Assembly: GCA_016795005.1 (NCBI GenBank)
Contig: JAEUIV010000085.1
Location: forward strand, 1-61,228
DNA length: 61,228 nucleotides
Source of the DNA: Phycisphaerae bacterium
GTDB taxonomy: Bacteria > Planctomycetota > Phycisphaerae > Phycisphaerales > UBA1924
Direction: 5' to 3'
Shown here: positions 18,173 through 27,074 of the stretch, in pieces
Position numbering within the stretch: position 1 is the stretch's first letter
Layout of the letters: every line of letters starts with the position of its first letter
Program-made: the position numbers and the translations under genes
Notes under the pieces: model-generated
What the model was told of the DNA's origin: nothing
Seen by the model: only the letters and a program-made list of their open reading frames with translations
Databases searched by the model: none

Positions 18173-18811
18173 ATGAAGACTCTCTCGAACATCGTGAATC
18201 TCGCCGCGATAGTTGGAACGATTGCCTGCGCCGCCGGCGGCGCATCGGCCGCGATCGGCGGCGTGACCGGGCAAACGACCTGGCTCGGTACGCCCCCGGT
18301 CAGTTGCACCGTCACATCGCTCAACGGCCTGAACGCATACGTCTGGGATGAACAGCAGAACATCAACGTCGCCAACGTCTTTGCCGACATGGTCAACAAC
18401 CCCTGCCCCGCGCCCGGCGCGGCGATCCCCGGACTGATCTCCGGCGTGGTGGACAGCCATTTCGTCCACTACGAGAACTACAGCGGCGCGCCGGGAGGCG
18501 TGGGAACCGTCTCGTTCCTTGATCCCATCGTCGGCGTCATCTTCCTGGCTTCCAATCTTGACAACACCGACGCGCTGCTCGGCGCCGGCGGAACGACCTA
18601 CCCCACGTTCTTCCCCTTCCGCGACCTCACTTTCAACAGTTCCACGTTTTCCATCAGCGCGAACACCATGTCGTTCCAACTGGACACCCTGTCGCCCGTC
18701 CTGGGCGTCGTCCAGATGCGCGTGCTGACGAAGCCGGTGCCCGCGCCGGGCGCCGCGGCGGTGGCCGGACTCATGGGGCTGGCCGCTCTCCGGAGACGCC
18801 GCGCCGTGTGA
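18173..18811 (+). CDS. Secreted protein with PEP-CTERM-variant sorting tail (paralog A)
   Basis: AAAGGA Shine-Dalgarno precedes the start. It has a signal peptide. The C-terminus is PVPAPGAAAVAGLMGLAALRRRRAV. It shares motifs with the next gene (AYxWDEQQ, MVNNP, DSHFxH, LDNTD, TTYPTxFPFRD). Confidence 0.75.
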   Translation: MKTLSNIVNLAAIVGTIACAAGGASAAIGGVTGQTTWLGTPPVSCTVTSLNGLNAYVWDEQQNINVANVFADMVNNPCPAPGAAIPGLISGVVDSHFVHYENYSGAPGGVGTVSFLDPIVGVIFLASNLDNTDALLGAGGTTYPTFFPFRDLTFNSSTFSISANTMSFQLDTLSPVLGVVQMRVLTKPVPAPGAAAVAGLMGLAALRRRRAV

Positions 18812-18919
18812 AACACGCTCCGCTTTGCCCGCCTTCGGAAACAAACCGCTCAGTCGCATTGATTCAGAATCCAGTCACCTCCTGATTCACACCACCGCAC
18901 ACTCACAAAGGATCCATCC

Positions 18920-19540
18920 ATGAAGACCCTTACGCTCACCCTCGCCTCGCTCTCGGCCGCGGCTCTTGTCGCGTCCAGCGCCTCCGCCTCGATCACCGCC
19001 GTCTCGGGCCAGACCATCCTGCTCGGCACCGGACCGGCATCCTGCACGCCCGGCTCGCTCGCTGGCATCAACGCCTACGCCTGGGATGAACAGCAGGGCG
19101 TCGCCCTCACGAACCAGGTCGTCAACATGGTCAACAACCCCGGCACGAGCGCTTCCCCGACTCCCGGCACGCTTACGGGGGTCTACGACAGCCACTTCCT
19201 TCACTGGGAGGCGATCCCGGGCATCATCTTCGCCTCGGGCACCGTCACTTTCTCCGCGCCGATCGACGGCGTGATCTTCCGGACGCTCGACCTCGACAAC
19301 ACGGACGTGCCGCTGGGCTTCCAGACGACCACCTATCCCACCGGCTTCCCGTTCCGAGACATCGGCTCCAGCGGCTCGATGTTCTCGATCAACGCGAACG
19401 TTCTCACCTTCAACTTCCAGATCTCGCCCGTGATGGGTGTGACCGAACTCCGCGTTCTGACGCAGCACGTGCCGGCGCCCGGAGCCGTGATGGTCGCCGG
19501 TCTCGCGGGAGCGGCGACGCTCCGACGGAAACGGCGCTGA
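18920..19540 (+). CDS. Secreted protein with PEP-CTERM-variant sorting tail (paralog B)
   Basis: AAAGGA Shine-Dalgarno precedes the start. It has a signal peptide. The C-terminus is HVPAPGAVMVAGLAGAATLRRKRR. It is clearly homologous to 18173..18811. Confidence 0.75.
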   Translation: MKTLTLTLASLSAAALVASSASASITAVSGQTILLGTGPASCTPGSLAGINAYAWDEQQGVALTNQVVNMVNNPGTSASPTPGTLTGVYDSHFLHWEAIPGIIFASGTVTFSAPIDGVIFRTLDLDNTDVPLGFQTTTYPTGFPFRDIGSSGSMFSINANVLTFNFQISPVMGVTELRVLTQHVPAPGAVMVAGLAGAATLRRKRR

Positions 19541-19571
19541 AGCGATCCGCGCGAGCGTTGATGGTCTCGAA

Positions 19572-19615
19572 ATGAAAAGCCCGGGCCGACGGATCGGCCC
19601 GGGTCATTTGTTTTG
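19572..19615. terminator. Bidirectional intrinsic terminator between convergent genes
   Basis: A 10-bp GC-rich stem (CCCGGGCCGA 19580-19589 pairs with TCGGCCCGGG 19594-19603) has a 4-nt loop. It is flanked by an A-rich run upstream (AAATGAAAA) and a T-rich run downstream (CATTTGTTTT). Confidence 0.7.
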
Positions 19616-19641
19616 ATGAGATGGGTGCTGAACGGTTGGGC

Positions 19642-20034
19642 TTACCAGCCGCCGCGGCCGCCGCCGCCGCCGCCACCACCGAAGCCGCCGCGGCCGCCAC
19701 CACCACCGCCGCCGCCGAAGCCGCCGCGGCCACCTCTGCCGCCGCCACCGCCGCCGCCGAAGCCACCACGGCCGCCGCCGCCGCTACCGGCCTCGCGCGG
19801 ACGGGCCTCGTTGACGGTGAGGTCACGGCCGTCGATGTTCTTGCCGTTCATGCCCTCGATCGCGGCACGGGCCTCTTCGTCGTTGGCGAACTCGACGAAG
19901 CCGAAGCCGCGCGGGCGGCCCGTCTCGCGGTCCATGACGAGCGACGCGGAGGTGACCGAGCCGAACGCCTCGAAGGCTTCGCGGAGCTGCTGCTCAGAGG
20001 TCTTGAACGAGAGATTGCCGACGTACAGTTTCAT
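19642..20034 (-). CDS. RRM-domain RNA-binding protein with Gly/Arg-rich (RGG/GGF) tail
   Basis: RNP2 is LYVGNL and RNP1 is RGFGFVEF. The C-terminal 48 aa are almost only G, R and F (GGGGRGGFGGGGGGGRGGRGGFGG...). ATG at 20034 (MKLYVGNL) is preferred to the 20094 start. Confidence 0.9.
   Translation of the reverse strand: MKLYVGNLSFKTSEQQLREAFEAFGSVTSASLVMDRETGRPRGFGFVEFANDEEARAAIEGMNGKNIDGRDLTVNEARPREAGSGGGGRGGFGGGGGGGRGGRGGFGGGGGGGGRGGFGGGGGGGGRGGW
19645..19788 (-). repeat. GCC/GCCGCC triplet low-complexity tract (encodes the RGG tail)
   Basis: About 144 nt of near-pure (gcc)n / accacc / gaagcc units on the plus strand. This is the coding sequence of the Gly/Arg tail of the RRM protein. Confidence 0.9.
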
Positions 20035-20380
20035 GACTGCTTCCTGATTTGCCCTTGGATACTTTGCGTGAGACCGGTGCTTGAACTCGGGCAAGAGGAA
20101 GCGTCGGCGACCCGTAGGACCGCCCGAACATTGGGACGAGACCCTGCAGAGATCAGCGGAGAGTATAGCAACGCAATACAGGGAAAAGCCGGGGTGGTGA
20201 CGCAGGGCCGCGCCGGGCGTGCCGCGTCCTTCCCCGTCGGTGTCGAAATTTCCACAAAATGCCTGAATTCAGCCCCGAACCGATGGAATACAAACGGCTT
20301 CCAGGTGCTGCTTTTCCGCACGCCACCCCCCTGCTGTTCGCGGTCGAATCGGCCACCGGCTCGGGGGGCGTCGCACGGAC

Positions 20381-22393
20381 CTACAGCAGGAAGACCTTCA
20401 CGATCGTGTCGCCGATGCCGATGAGCGCGGCACCGGCGATGATCCCGGCGCAGATCGGCTCGTGCGTGTCGATCCACAGCCGATGGCCGAGCGACTCGCG
20501 CCGCCTTGCGTAGATCGTGTGGGTGACGTGGAAGAAGAGCGCTCCGGCGAACATCGCCATGGACGACGCGGGGGGCACGACGACGCCGAGGCCGATCGCG
20601 AGCGGCGAGATCGGGAATCGGTTCTTGGTCACGATCCTGAGCACCTCGAAGATGAAACTGACGACCGCCGCGATGATCATCGACGTGACCATCGACGCGG
20701 AGAGCAGCGATCCAGTGCCGGTGTTTCCGAAGATGGAGACGACCAGGTCGGAGACGCCCTTCCACTGGAGCGCGCCGGGGAAGGTGAACTGCCCGCCTTC
20801 CGGCGCCATGAGATTCTGGACGTGCTTCGCGTCGCCCGCGGCGGCGACGGGGTCGTACCCATCCAGGAAGAGCACGAAGAAGAGCGGCGTGCTCGCCAGC
20901 GCCCCGGCGATGATGCCGATGCAGTGCCCCACCGCCTGCTGCCTCGGCTTGGCGCCGAGCATGTAGCCGGGCTTGATGTCCATGAGCAGGTTGCTGGCGT
21001 TCAGCGCGACCTCGGAGCACATGACTCCGGTCATGAGGTTGGTCGCGGGCCGCGCGGGGTCCGCGGCGCCGAAGATGAACTGCGGGATCTTTGAGAGCGA
21101 ACTTCCCGGCGTGATGCCGGTGAGGGCGGTGCTGCTGACCGCGATGAGTGAGAGGAAGATGATGAGCGGGATCGAGAGCGCCCCCAGGACCCACGACACG
21201 CCGAAGAACTCGTGGGCCATCCAGACCCCCACGCCGCCGACAATGGGCACCCCGACCCACGAGACCCAGAGCGGCAGCTCGATATGCCGGACGATGTCGG
21301 CATCGGTCCCGGGCTTCGCCGAACGGGCGAAGATCGCGCGGAAAACCTCGACGAACACCTTGGGCTTCGCGAACAGCGCCACCATCGACGCGACGATCAT
21401 CATCGTGATGCCCCACCACAGCGACCACGAGTTGAGGATGTGCGCCCGCCCGAAGATCGGCGCGCCGGACTCGTCGAACCGGGCGGGCTTGATCTCGCCC
21501 TCCGCGATCATCCACGGCACGATGACCGCGAAGTTCAGGAGCATCCCGATGAGCAGGCTGGTGGCGGGCTTGATCCCCATCAGCCCGCCCGCGCCGAACA
21601 TCGCAAGGTCCAGTTCGGGACGCAGCGCCAGTTGCCGGATATCCACCCCCGCGATGCGCGGCAGGGCCACATGCCCCTTCGCGACGAGCCAATAGTACCA
21701 GTTGTCGAGGGTGTGCGGAAGATGCCACGACCTGGAAAAGCCGAGCCATCGCTCCTGGATCAGTCTCATGTACGACTCGCCGGATACAAACGAGACCGCG
21801 CCCGCGAGCGACGCGGACACGGCGAGCGCCTTGGCCTTGAAGAGTCCCACCGCGGCGGCGGAGGAATACATGGTGTCGAGCACCACGCCGCAGGCCCGCC
21901 CCTCCGGGAAGGGCTGCTGTTCGTCGTTGATGAACCTCCGCTTCATCGGGAAGGCGACCAGCACCCCCAGGATCGAGAGCACGATGTTGAACAGCAGCAT
22001 GTGCAGCCAGTTCAATGGCTTGTTCGACGCCCACATGTACGCGGCCATGCCCCCGACCAGCGGGCTGGTCATGTAACCCGCCGCGGTGGCGATCGACTGC
22101 GTGCAGTTGTTCTCAAGAATGGTGAGGTCCCGGAAACCGACGCGCGACATGAGTTTGAACACCGCGAACGCGAGGATCACGCTGGTCAGCCCGACCCCGA
22201 GTGTCCAGCCGGTCTTCGCGCCGACGTAGAGGTTGGTCGCGGAGAGCACCCCGCCGAGCAGGAATCCCGTGGCCGCGGACCGAATCGTCAACTGAGGCAT
22301 CGAGCCGCGAAAAACGTTCTCGAACCACCAGCGGTCTTTCTGCGCGCGTGACCAGTCACGAACCTGGTCATCGGTGAGGTGCTGAAGTGCCAT
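20381..22393 (-). CDS. OPT family oligopeptide transporter
   Basis: 670-aa polytopic membrane protein. The N-terminus QLTIRSAATGFLLGGVLSATNLYVGAKTGWTLG is typical of OPT-superfamily transporters. Confidence 0.85.
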   Translation of the reverse strand: MALQHLTDDQVRDWSRAQKDRWWFENVFRGSMPQLTIRSAATGFLLGGVLSATNLYVGAKTGWTLGVGLTSVILAFAVFKLMSRVGFRDLTILENNCTQSIATAAGYMTSPLVGGMAAYMWASNKPLNWLHMLLFNIVLSILGVLVAFPMKRRFINDEQQPFPEGRACGVVLDTMYSSAAAVGLFKAKALAVSASLAGAVSFVSGESYMRLIQERWLGFSRSWHLPHTLDNWYYWLVAKGHVALPRIAGVDIRQLALRPELDLAMFGAGGLMGIKPATSLLIGMLLNFAVIVPWMIAEGEIKPARFDESGAPIFGRAHILNSWSLWWGITMMIVASMVALFAKPKVFVEVFRAIFARSAKPGTDADIVRHIELPLWVSWVGVPIVGGVGVWMAHEFFGVSWVLGALSIPLIIFLSLIAVSSTALTGITPGSSLSKIPQFIFGAADPARPATNLMTGVMCSEVALNASNLLMDIKPGYMLGAKPRQQAVGHCIGIIAGALASTPLFFVLFLDGYDPVAAAGDAKHVQNLMAPEGGQFTFPGALQWKGVSDLVVSIFGNTGTGSLLSASMVTSMIIAAVVSFIFEVLRIVTKNRFPISPLAIGLGVVVPPASSMAMFAGALFFHVTHTIYARRRESLGHRLWIDTHEPICAGIIAGAALIGIGDTIVKVFLL

Positions 22394-22498
22394 GGTGGGA
22401 ATCTATCGAAGCCCTCGCGGCGACGCCAGCGCCCGATCCGCGCCGGACGGGTCCGCCGGATACGATCGCGGAAACCCACGAACTCGAAGGAGCGGAGC

Positions 22499-22873
22499 AT
22501 GAGCGACGAAGCGCCGGGATCGGGAGCAATCGTGTGGCACGACCTGACTGTCCCGGACGCGGCGAAGGTCCGCGACTTCTACCGCGACGTGATCGGGTGG
22601 TCTTCTTCCGGCCAGGACATGGGCGGGTACGAGGACTTCAATCTCTTTGCGGCAAACGGCGAGTGCGTCGCGGGAGTCTGCCACGCCCGCGGGATGAATG
22701 CGCGAGTTCCGCCGCAATGGCTGATGTATGTCTCGGTGCCGGATGTTGCCGCGGCGGCGGAACGGTGCGCGGCGTCGGGCGGCCGCGTCATCGACGGGCC
22801 GCGGAGCATGGGGGGACGATTGTTCTGCGTCATCCAGGACCCGGCCGGCGCGGTCCTCGCGCTGATCGGATAA
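22499..22873 (+). CDS. VOC (glyoxalase/bleomycin-resistance fold) family protein
   Basis: 124 aa. IVWHDLTVPDAAKVRDFYRDVIGW ... FCVIQDPAGAVLALI matches the VOC beta-alpha-beta-beta-beta pattern. ATG at 22499 is preferred to GTG at 22379. Confidence 0.75.
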   Translation: MSDEAPGSGAIVWHDLTVPDAAKVRDFYRDVIGWSSSGQDMGGYEDFNLFAANGECVAGVCHARGMNARVPPQWLMYVSVPDVAAAAERCAASGGRVIDGPRSMGGRLFCVIQDPAGAVLALIG

Positions 22874-22882
22874 AATCGCGCC

Positions 22883-23377
22883 ATGCCATCGCTCGATATC
22901 GTCAGCCGGGTTGAGTTTCAGGAACTCGAGAATGCGCTGAACAACACGCGCAAGGCGTTGTCGCAGCGCTTCGATTTTCGGGGAGTAAACTACACGCTCG
23001 ACCTCGACCGCAAGGAGAAGAAACTCAAGCTCTCCGCCGAGGACAACACGAAGATGGAGGCCATCCGGGAGACTCTGAAACAGCACGCCTTCCGCCGGGG
23101 GCTGGACCTCAAGGTCTTCAAGTTCGGCGAGCAGGAGCCGGGAGCGGGCGGGAACCTGAAGCAGGAGATCACGCTGCAGGACGGCCTGGCACAAGACGTC
23201 TCCAAGGATGTGGTCAAGCGGATCAAGGCGAGCGGGTTGAAGGTCCAGGCGTCGATCCAGGGCGATGAAGTCCGCGTCTCGGGGAAGAAGATCGACGATC
23301 TTCAGGCGGTCATGGCCCTCCTGAAGGGGGCCGACCTAGCGGTTCCCCTACAATATGTGAACATGAAACGAGATTAA
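22883..23377 (+). CDS. yajQ: YajQ family (UPF0234) nucleotide/c-di-GMP-binding protein
   Basis: 164 aa. MPSLDIVSRVEFQELENALNNTRKALSQRFDFRG and the overall length are typical of YajQ. Confidence 0.9.
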   Translation: MPSLDIVSRVEFQELENALNNTRKALSQRFDFRGVNYTLDLDRKEKKLKLSAEDNTKMEAIRETLKQHAFRRGLDLKVFKFGEQEPGAGGNLKQEITLQDGLAQDVSKDVVKRIKASGLKVQASIQGDEVRVSGKKIDDLQAVMALLKGADLAVPLQYVNMKRD

Positions 23378-23413
23378 TGGGATCCGATCGCGCGCTGGGA
23401 CTACGATCCTTGC

Positions 23414-23893
23414 ATGATCACGCGCACCCCTACCGTCGCCATGTCGCTCGCCCTCGCCTCCTGTGTCCTCTTCGGATGCGACAAGAAGGAGGGCACGTCC
23501 GGCACCTCCGACAATCCACTGGACAAGGTGAAGACCGCGGCCAGCGACGCGGCCGGCAAGGCCAAGGAGGAGGTCGGCAAGAAGATTGAAGAGGGATATG
23601 CCGCGCTGCGCGATTCCGCGGCCGGCGCCGCCGAGAAGACCCTCGCCGAAGCCAAGTCCCAGATCGGAAGGCTGAAAGAAAAGGCCTCCAGCGCCAGCGC
23701 CGAGGTCAAGCCCGCGATGGACTCGGCGATCAAGTCCATCGAGGATCAGGCCGCCAAGGTGCAAGCGAAACTCCCGGAACTGAAGTCGGCCACGAGCGAC
23801 ACTTGGAAATCAATCAGCGAGAGCGTTTCCAAGGAAGCGAGCACGCTCATGACCATGATCAAGGACGCGGCGGCGAAGTACGGCGTCAAGTGA
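23414..23893 (+). CDS. Lipoprotein, helical A/K/E-rich, function unknown
   Basis: The lipobox LFGC follows a signal peptide. The remainder is amphipathic-helix-like A/K/E/S repeats. Confidence 0.6.
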   Translation: MITRTPTVAMSLALASCVLFGCDKKEGTSGTSDNPLDKVKTAASDAAGKAKEEVGKKIEEGYAALRDSAAGAAEKTLAEAKSQIGRLKEKASSASAEVKPAMDSAIKSIEDQAAKVQAKLPELKSATSDTWKSISESVSKEASTLMTMIKDAAAKYGVK

Positions 23894-23911
23894 TCGCACG
23901 CGGCGCGCCGC

Positions 23912-24868
23912 TCAGCCGAAGAGCCGCCGTCGAACTTCCTCGTACCGCGCCCGGGTCCCTTCGATGACCTCTTCGGGCAGCGCCGGCCCCGGCGACTGCT
24001 TGTTCCAATTCCCCGCGGCGGTCAGCCCGTTGAGATACTCGCGGAGAAACTGCTTGTCGAACGAGGGTTGTTCGCCGCCGGGGTGCCATTTCGAGGCGTC
24101 CCAGTACCGGGAGGAGTCGGGGGTGAGCGCCTCATCGCAGAGATAGAGGTCGTCACCGGGCGTCGGGGTCGTCGCGCCCTCCGCCCGGCCGAACTCGAAC
24201 TTGGTATCCGCGAGGATCAGGCCGCGGGTCGCGGCGTAGTCGTGCGCGGCCTTGTAGATCGAGAGCGTGAGGGCGCGGAGACGTTCCATCACGTCGCGGC
24301 CCGCGATGCCGCAGGCGCGATCGAAGTCAATGTTCTCATCGTGCCGGCCGAGTTCCTCCTTGGTCGCCGGAGTGAAGATCGGTTCGGGGAGCCGGTCGCC
24401 CCGACGGAGGCCCGGGGGGAGTTTCACCCCGCACACGGAACCGGCGCGTGCATATTCGCTCCAGCCCGAGCCGTCGAGGTACCCGCGCGCCACGCACTCG
24501 ATCGGGATGATGCGGCATCGCCGCGCGATCATGATGCGCCCTTCGAGCCGCTCGGCCTGATCGCGCCGGATCGGCGGGGCGCCCAGCCCGATCAGTTCGT
24601 GCGCCTCCGATGAGAGCAGGTGCGTCCGCGCCAGCCCCTTCGACTCGATGAATCGGAACCACTCGATCGAGAGCGCGGTAAGCAGTCGCCCCTTGCCGAC
24701 GATCGGCGAAGGCATGACCACGTCGAATGCTGAGATCCGATCGGTCGCGACGATGAGCAATCGCCCCGCCTCGCCGGGCGCCGCGGCGGGCAGGTCGTAC
24801 AGGTCGCGGACCTTGCCCTGCCTTCTCCCGGGGAGCGGCAGGTCCGTTTCGAGGAGAGGCGTGTCCAC
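23912..24868 (-). CDS. purC: Phosphoribosylaminoimidazole-succinocarboxamide synthase (SAICAR synthetase)
   Basis: 318 aa with motifs GKVRDLYDL, LIVATDRISAFDVVM and ILADTKFEFG. Confidence 0.9.
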   Translation of the reverse strand: MDTPLLETDLPLPGRRQGKVRDLYDLPAAAPGEAGRLLIVATDRISAFDVVMPSPIVGKGRLLTALSIEWFRFIESKGLARTHLLSSEAHELIGLGAPPIRRDQAERLEGRIMIARRCRIIPIECVARGYLDGSGWSEYARAGSVCGVKLPPGLRRGDRLPEPIFTPATKEELGRHDENIDFDRACGIAGRDVMERLRALTLSIYKAAHDYAATRGLILADTKFEFGRAEGATTPTPGDDLYLCDEALTPDSSRYWDASKWHPGGEQPSFDKQFLREYLNGLTAAGNWNKQSPGPALPEEVIEGTRARYEEVRRRLFG

Positions 24869-24991
24869 CGGCGCAGAATAGCCGATGCGTTCGGATGTTT
24901 CGCCCGGTTTGCGAAACGCAGGATTCCCGCGACAATGCGGGGTTACGCGCCGGCGGAGGGTCCGTCGGCCTTGTCACGTGTCGGGGCATTG

Positions 24992-26590
24992 ATGATCCGA
25001 TTTGCCGTCCATGACGAGAGCGGGCTTGCGAAGGAGATGCCCCTCCACCACGCCCACCTGGTCGGCAAGGAAGACCTCACGGTCGCCGGGACCATCGCGT
25101 TCGAGCAGGGGATCATCACCTGCAAGAAGCACAGCGCCGACGCCGCGGCGCTCGGCGTGCAGGTGGACGCCGGCGCCAACGGTCGCCTCCTGCTCCAGAC
25201 CTGCCTGCTCCCCGATCGTGAGCAGCCCTACAACCTGTACGTCGAACTCGCGAGGCATCGCCTGATGCTTCTCCTGAACAAGTTCGAGGAATGGTCGCTC
25301 GTGGCGCTCCCCCCCGAGCATCCGGTGATGGTCGGCTTCGAAAAGTCGCGCGAACTCTTCACCAGGGCGATCGCCACGCCGCACGACGGCACGCTCGCGA
25401 CGGCGTCGCGTATGTCGTCGCTCGCGCGCGAATCCCTTCTTCTCGGGATCGAGGCGGGCGAACGCCTGACGATGCTCCAGGCTGAACGAGAGCTCGCGGC
25501 AAAGGCCGCGGGGAAGGCGCTCCAGACACCCAAGGATGGAGAGAAGACCGAGCCGCCGCCCAAGCCGACGCTGGGTTGCATCCTGCACACGGACCAGTTC
25601 TCCGAGCCGCTCCAGAAGATCGTCGCCAAGACGTTCGATTTCGTCTCTGTTCCCGTTCGCTGGTCGGACATCGAACGAGAAGAGGGGCAGCGGAACTTCG
25701 TCGCAACCGATCGTTGGATTGAGTGGGCCGTCCGAACCGCCAGGTTGCCCGTCTGCGGCGGACCGCTGCTCGATCTTTCTTCCCGCGGCGTCCCCAGGTG
25801 GCTGCACATCTGGGAGAACGACTACCGGACGCTGCGCGAACTCGCGTACGAACACCTGAAGGTCGTGGTCACGCGTTATCGCCGCGCCGTGCCGCGATGG
25901 ACCGTGATCTCCGGCGCGCAGACCAACATGGAACTGAACCTGCGCATGGAGGAGATGATCGACCTGACGCGGCTCGCGGTGCTGACGGTTCGGAAACTCC
26001 AGCCGCAGGCGACGATGCTTATCGAGATCAGCCATCCCTTCGGCGAGCACACCACGCACATCGACCGCGCGCTCGCCCCGGTGCTGTACGCGGGGATCGT
26101 GAAGGAGTCGGGCATCTCGTTCGACGGGTTCGCGGTGCGGATGCAGATGGGTGATGCCGAGCCGGGTCACGCCGCGCGAGACCTGATGCAATGGTCCGCG
26201 ATCCTCGACGTGCTGGCGTCCTACGACAAGCCGATCCACGTGACCGCCGTCGGCGCCCCCAGCGGTCCGCCCCGGATGCCCAACGCATCGGCCAAGTACG
26301 CGGAACTGTACGCCGACCCCGGCACGTGGCACGGCGCCTGGAACCCCGCGACGCAGGCGGAATGGCTCACGCAGGCGATCGCGATGGCCTCCGCGAAGCC
26401 CTACGTGCACTCCGTCTGCTGGCACATGCTCTGGGACACCGATCTCACGCCGGAGATGCGCCTCGGCGGGATCATCACCGCCGAGGGGAAGCCAAAGCCC
26501 GCGCTGAAGCGCATGGGCGAAGTCTCGGCGGCGCTCCGCGCCGGCAAATCGCCGACCGCGCTCGGGCCGGTCGAGCCTGACACCCCGTGA
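24992..26590 (+). CDS. Hypothetical protein with GH10-like TIM-barrel region
   Basis: The C-terminal two-thirds contains VRWSDIEREEGQRNFVATDRWIEWA...VPRWL, which resembles the GH10 W-x-x-x-E-P-x-x-G ... P-x-W pattern. The N-terminal ~200 aa were not recognised. The start (24935 or 24992) is uncertain. Confidence 0.45.
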   Translation: MIRFAVHDESGLAKEMPLHHAHLVGKEDLTVAGTIAFEQGIITCKKHSADAAALGVQVDAGANGRLLLQTCLLPDREQPYNLYVELARHRLMLLLNKFEEWSLVALPPEHPVMVGFEKSRELFTRAIATPHDGTLATASRMSSLARESLLLGIEAGERLTMLQAERELAAKAAGKALQTPKDGEKTEPPPKPTLGCILHTDQFSEPLQKIVAKTFDFVSVPVRWSDIEREEGQRNFVATDRWIEWAVRTARLPVCGGPLLDLSSRGVPRWLHIWENDYRTLRELAYEHLKVVVTRYRRAVPRWTVISGAQTNMELNLRMEEMIDLTRLAVLTVRKLQPQATMLIEISHPFGEHTTHIDRALAPVLYAGIVKESGISFDGFAVRMQMGDAEPGHAARDLMQWSAILDVLASYDKPIHVTAVGAPSGPPRMPNASAKYAELYADPGTWHGAWNPATQAEWLTQAIAMASAKPYVHSVCWHMLWDTDLTPEMRLGGIITAEGKPKPALKRMGEVSAALRAGKSPTALGPVEPDTP

Positions 26591-26602
26591 CCGGGAGGTT
26601 CG

Positions 26603-26950
26603 ATGCCCGACGCTCCCAACCTCAGCGGGGCCTCCAAGCATGCGGCAGTCGTGGTGCTGCTCGCCTGCGTGATCGCGGGATTCGGCGCCGCCACGCTTGT
26701 GCCGCGCGTCCCGCGGAGCGCGCCGGCACAGGAGCACGGGGCACTCACCGCGACCATCAACCTGAACACCGCGACCGAGGCGGAACTCGAAGCCCTGCCC
26801 CGGATCGGTCCGGCGCTCGCGCGGCGGATCGTCGAGGATCGACAGGCCAACGGCCCGTTCCGATCCGTCGATGACGTGAATCGGGTGAAGGGAGTCGGCC
26901 CGCGCACGATCGACCTGATCCGCCCATACGCCCGGGCCGAGGCTCCATGA
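26603..26950 (+). CDS. ComEA-like helix-hairpin-helix DNA-binding protein
   Basis: An N-terminal TM helix is followed by INLNTATEAELEALPRIGPALARRIVEDRQANGPFRSVDDVNRVKGVGPRT (tandem HhH). Confidence 0.8.
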   Translation: MPDAPNLSGASKHAAVVVLLACVIAGFGAATLVPRVPRSAPAQEHGALTATINLNTATEAELEALPRIGPALARRIVEDRQANGPFRSVDDVNRVKGVGPRTIDLIRPYARAEAP

Positions 26951-27074
26951 CGACCATGCGCGAGTTTCGCGGCGCACGGGCTTCTCGATCCGGCGCTTGA
27001 CCGACCCGATATAACCATTGCCCCCCCGGAGACTCCCCGACCGCGGCGCGCCGGCGCTCCGCGGCCGCACGAAC

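Noticed and set aside
19613-20047. Plus-strand ORF encoding long poly-Pro/Ala runs (PPRPPPPPPPPKPPRPPPPP...).
   Set aside because: It is the reverse-complement reading of the (GCC)n tract that encodes the Gly/Arg tail of the RRM protein. The RRM frame has canonical RNP1 and RNP2 motifs.
23894-23911. Perfect 12-nt palindrome GCGGCGCGCCGC between the convergent lipoprotein gene and purC.
   Set aside because: Short GC palindromes are frequent at this base composition, and there is no flanking T-run or repeat copies.
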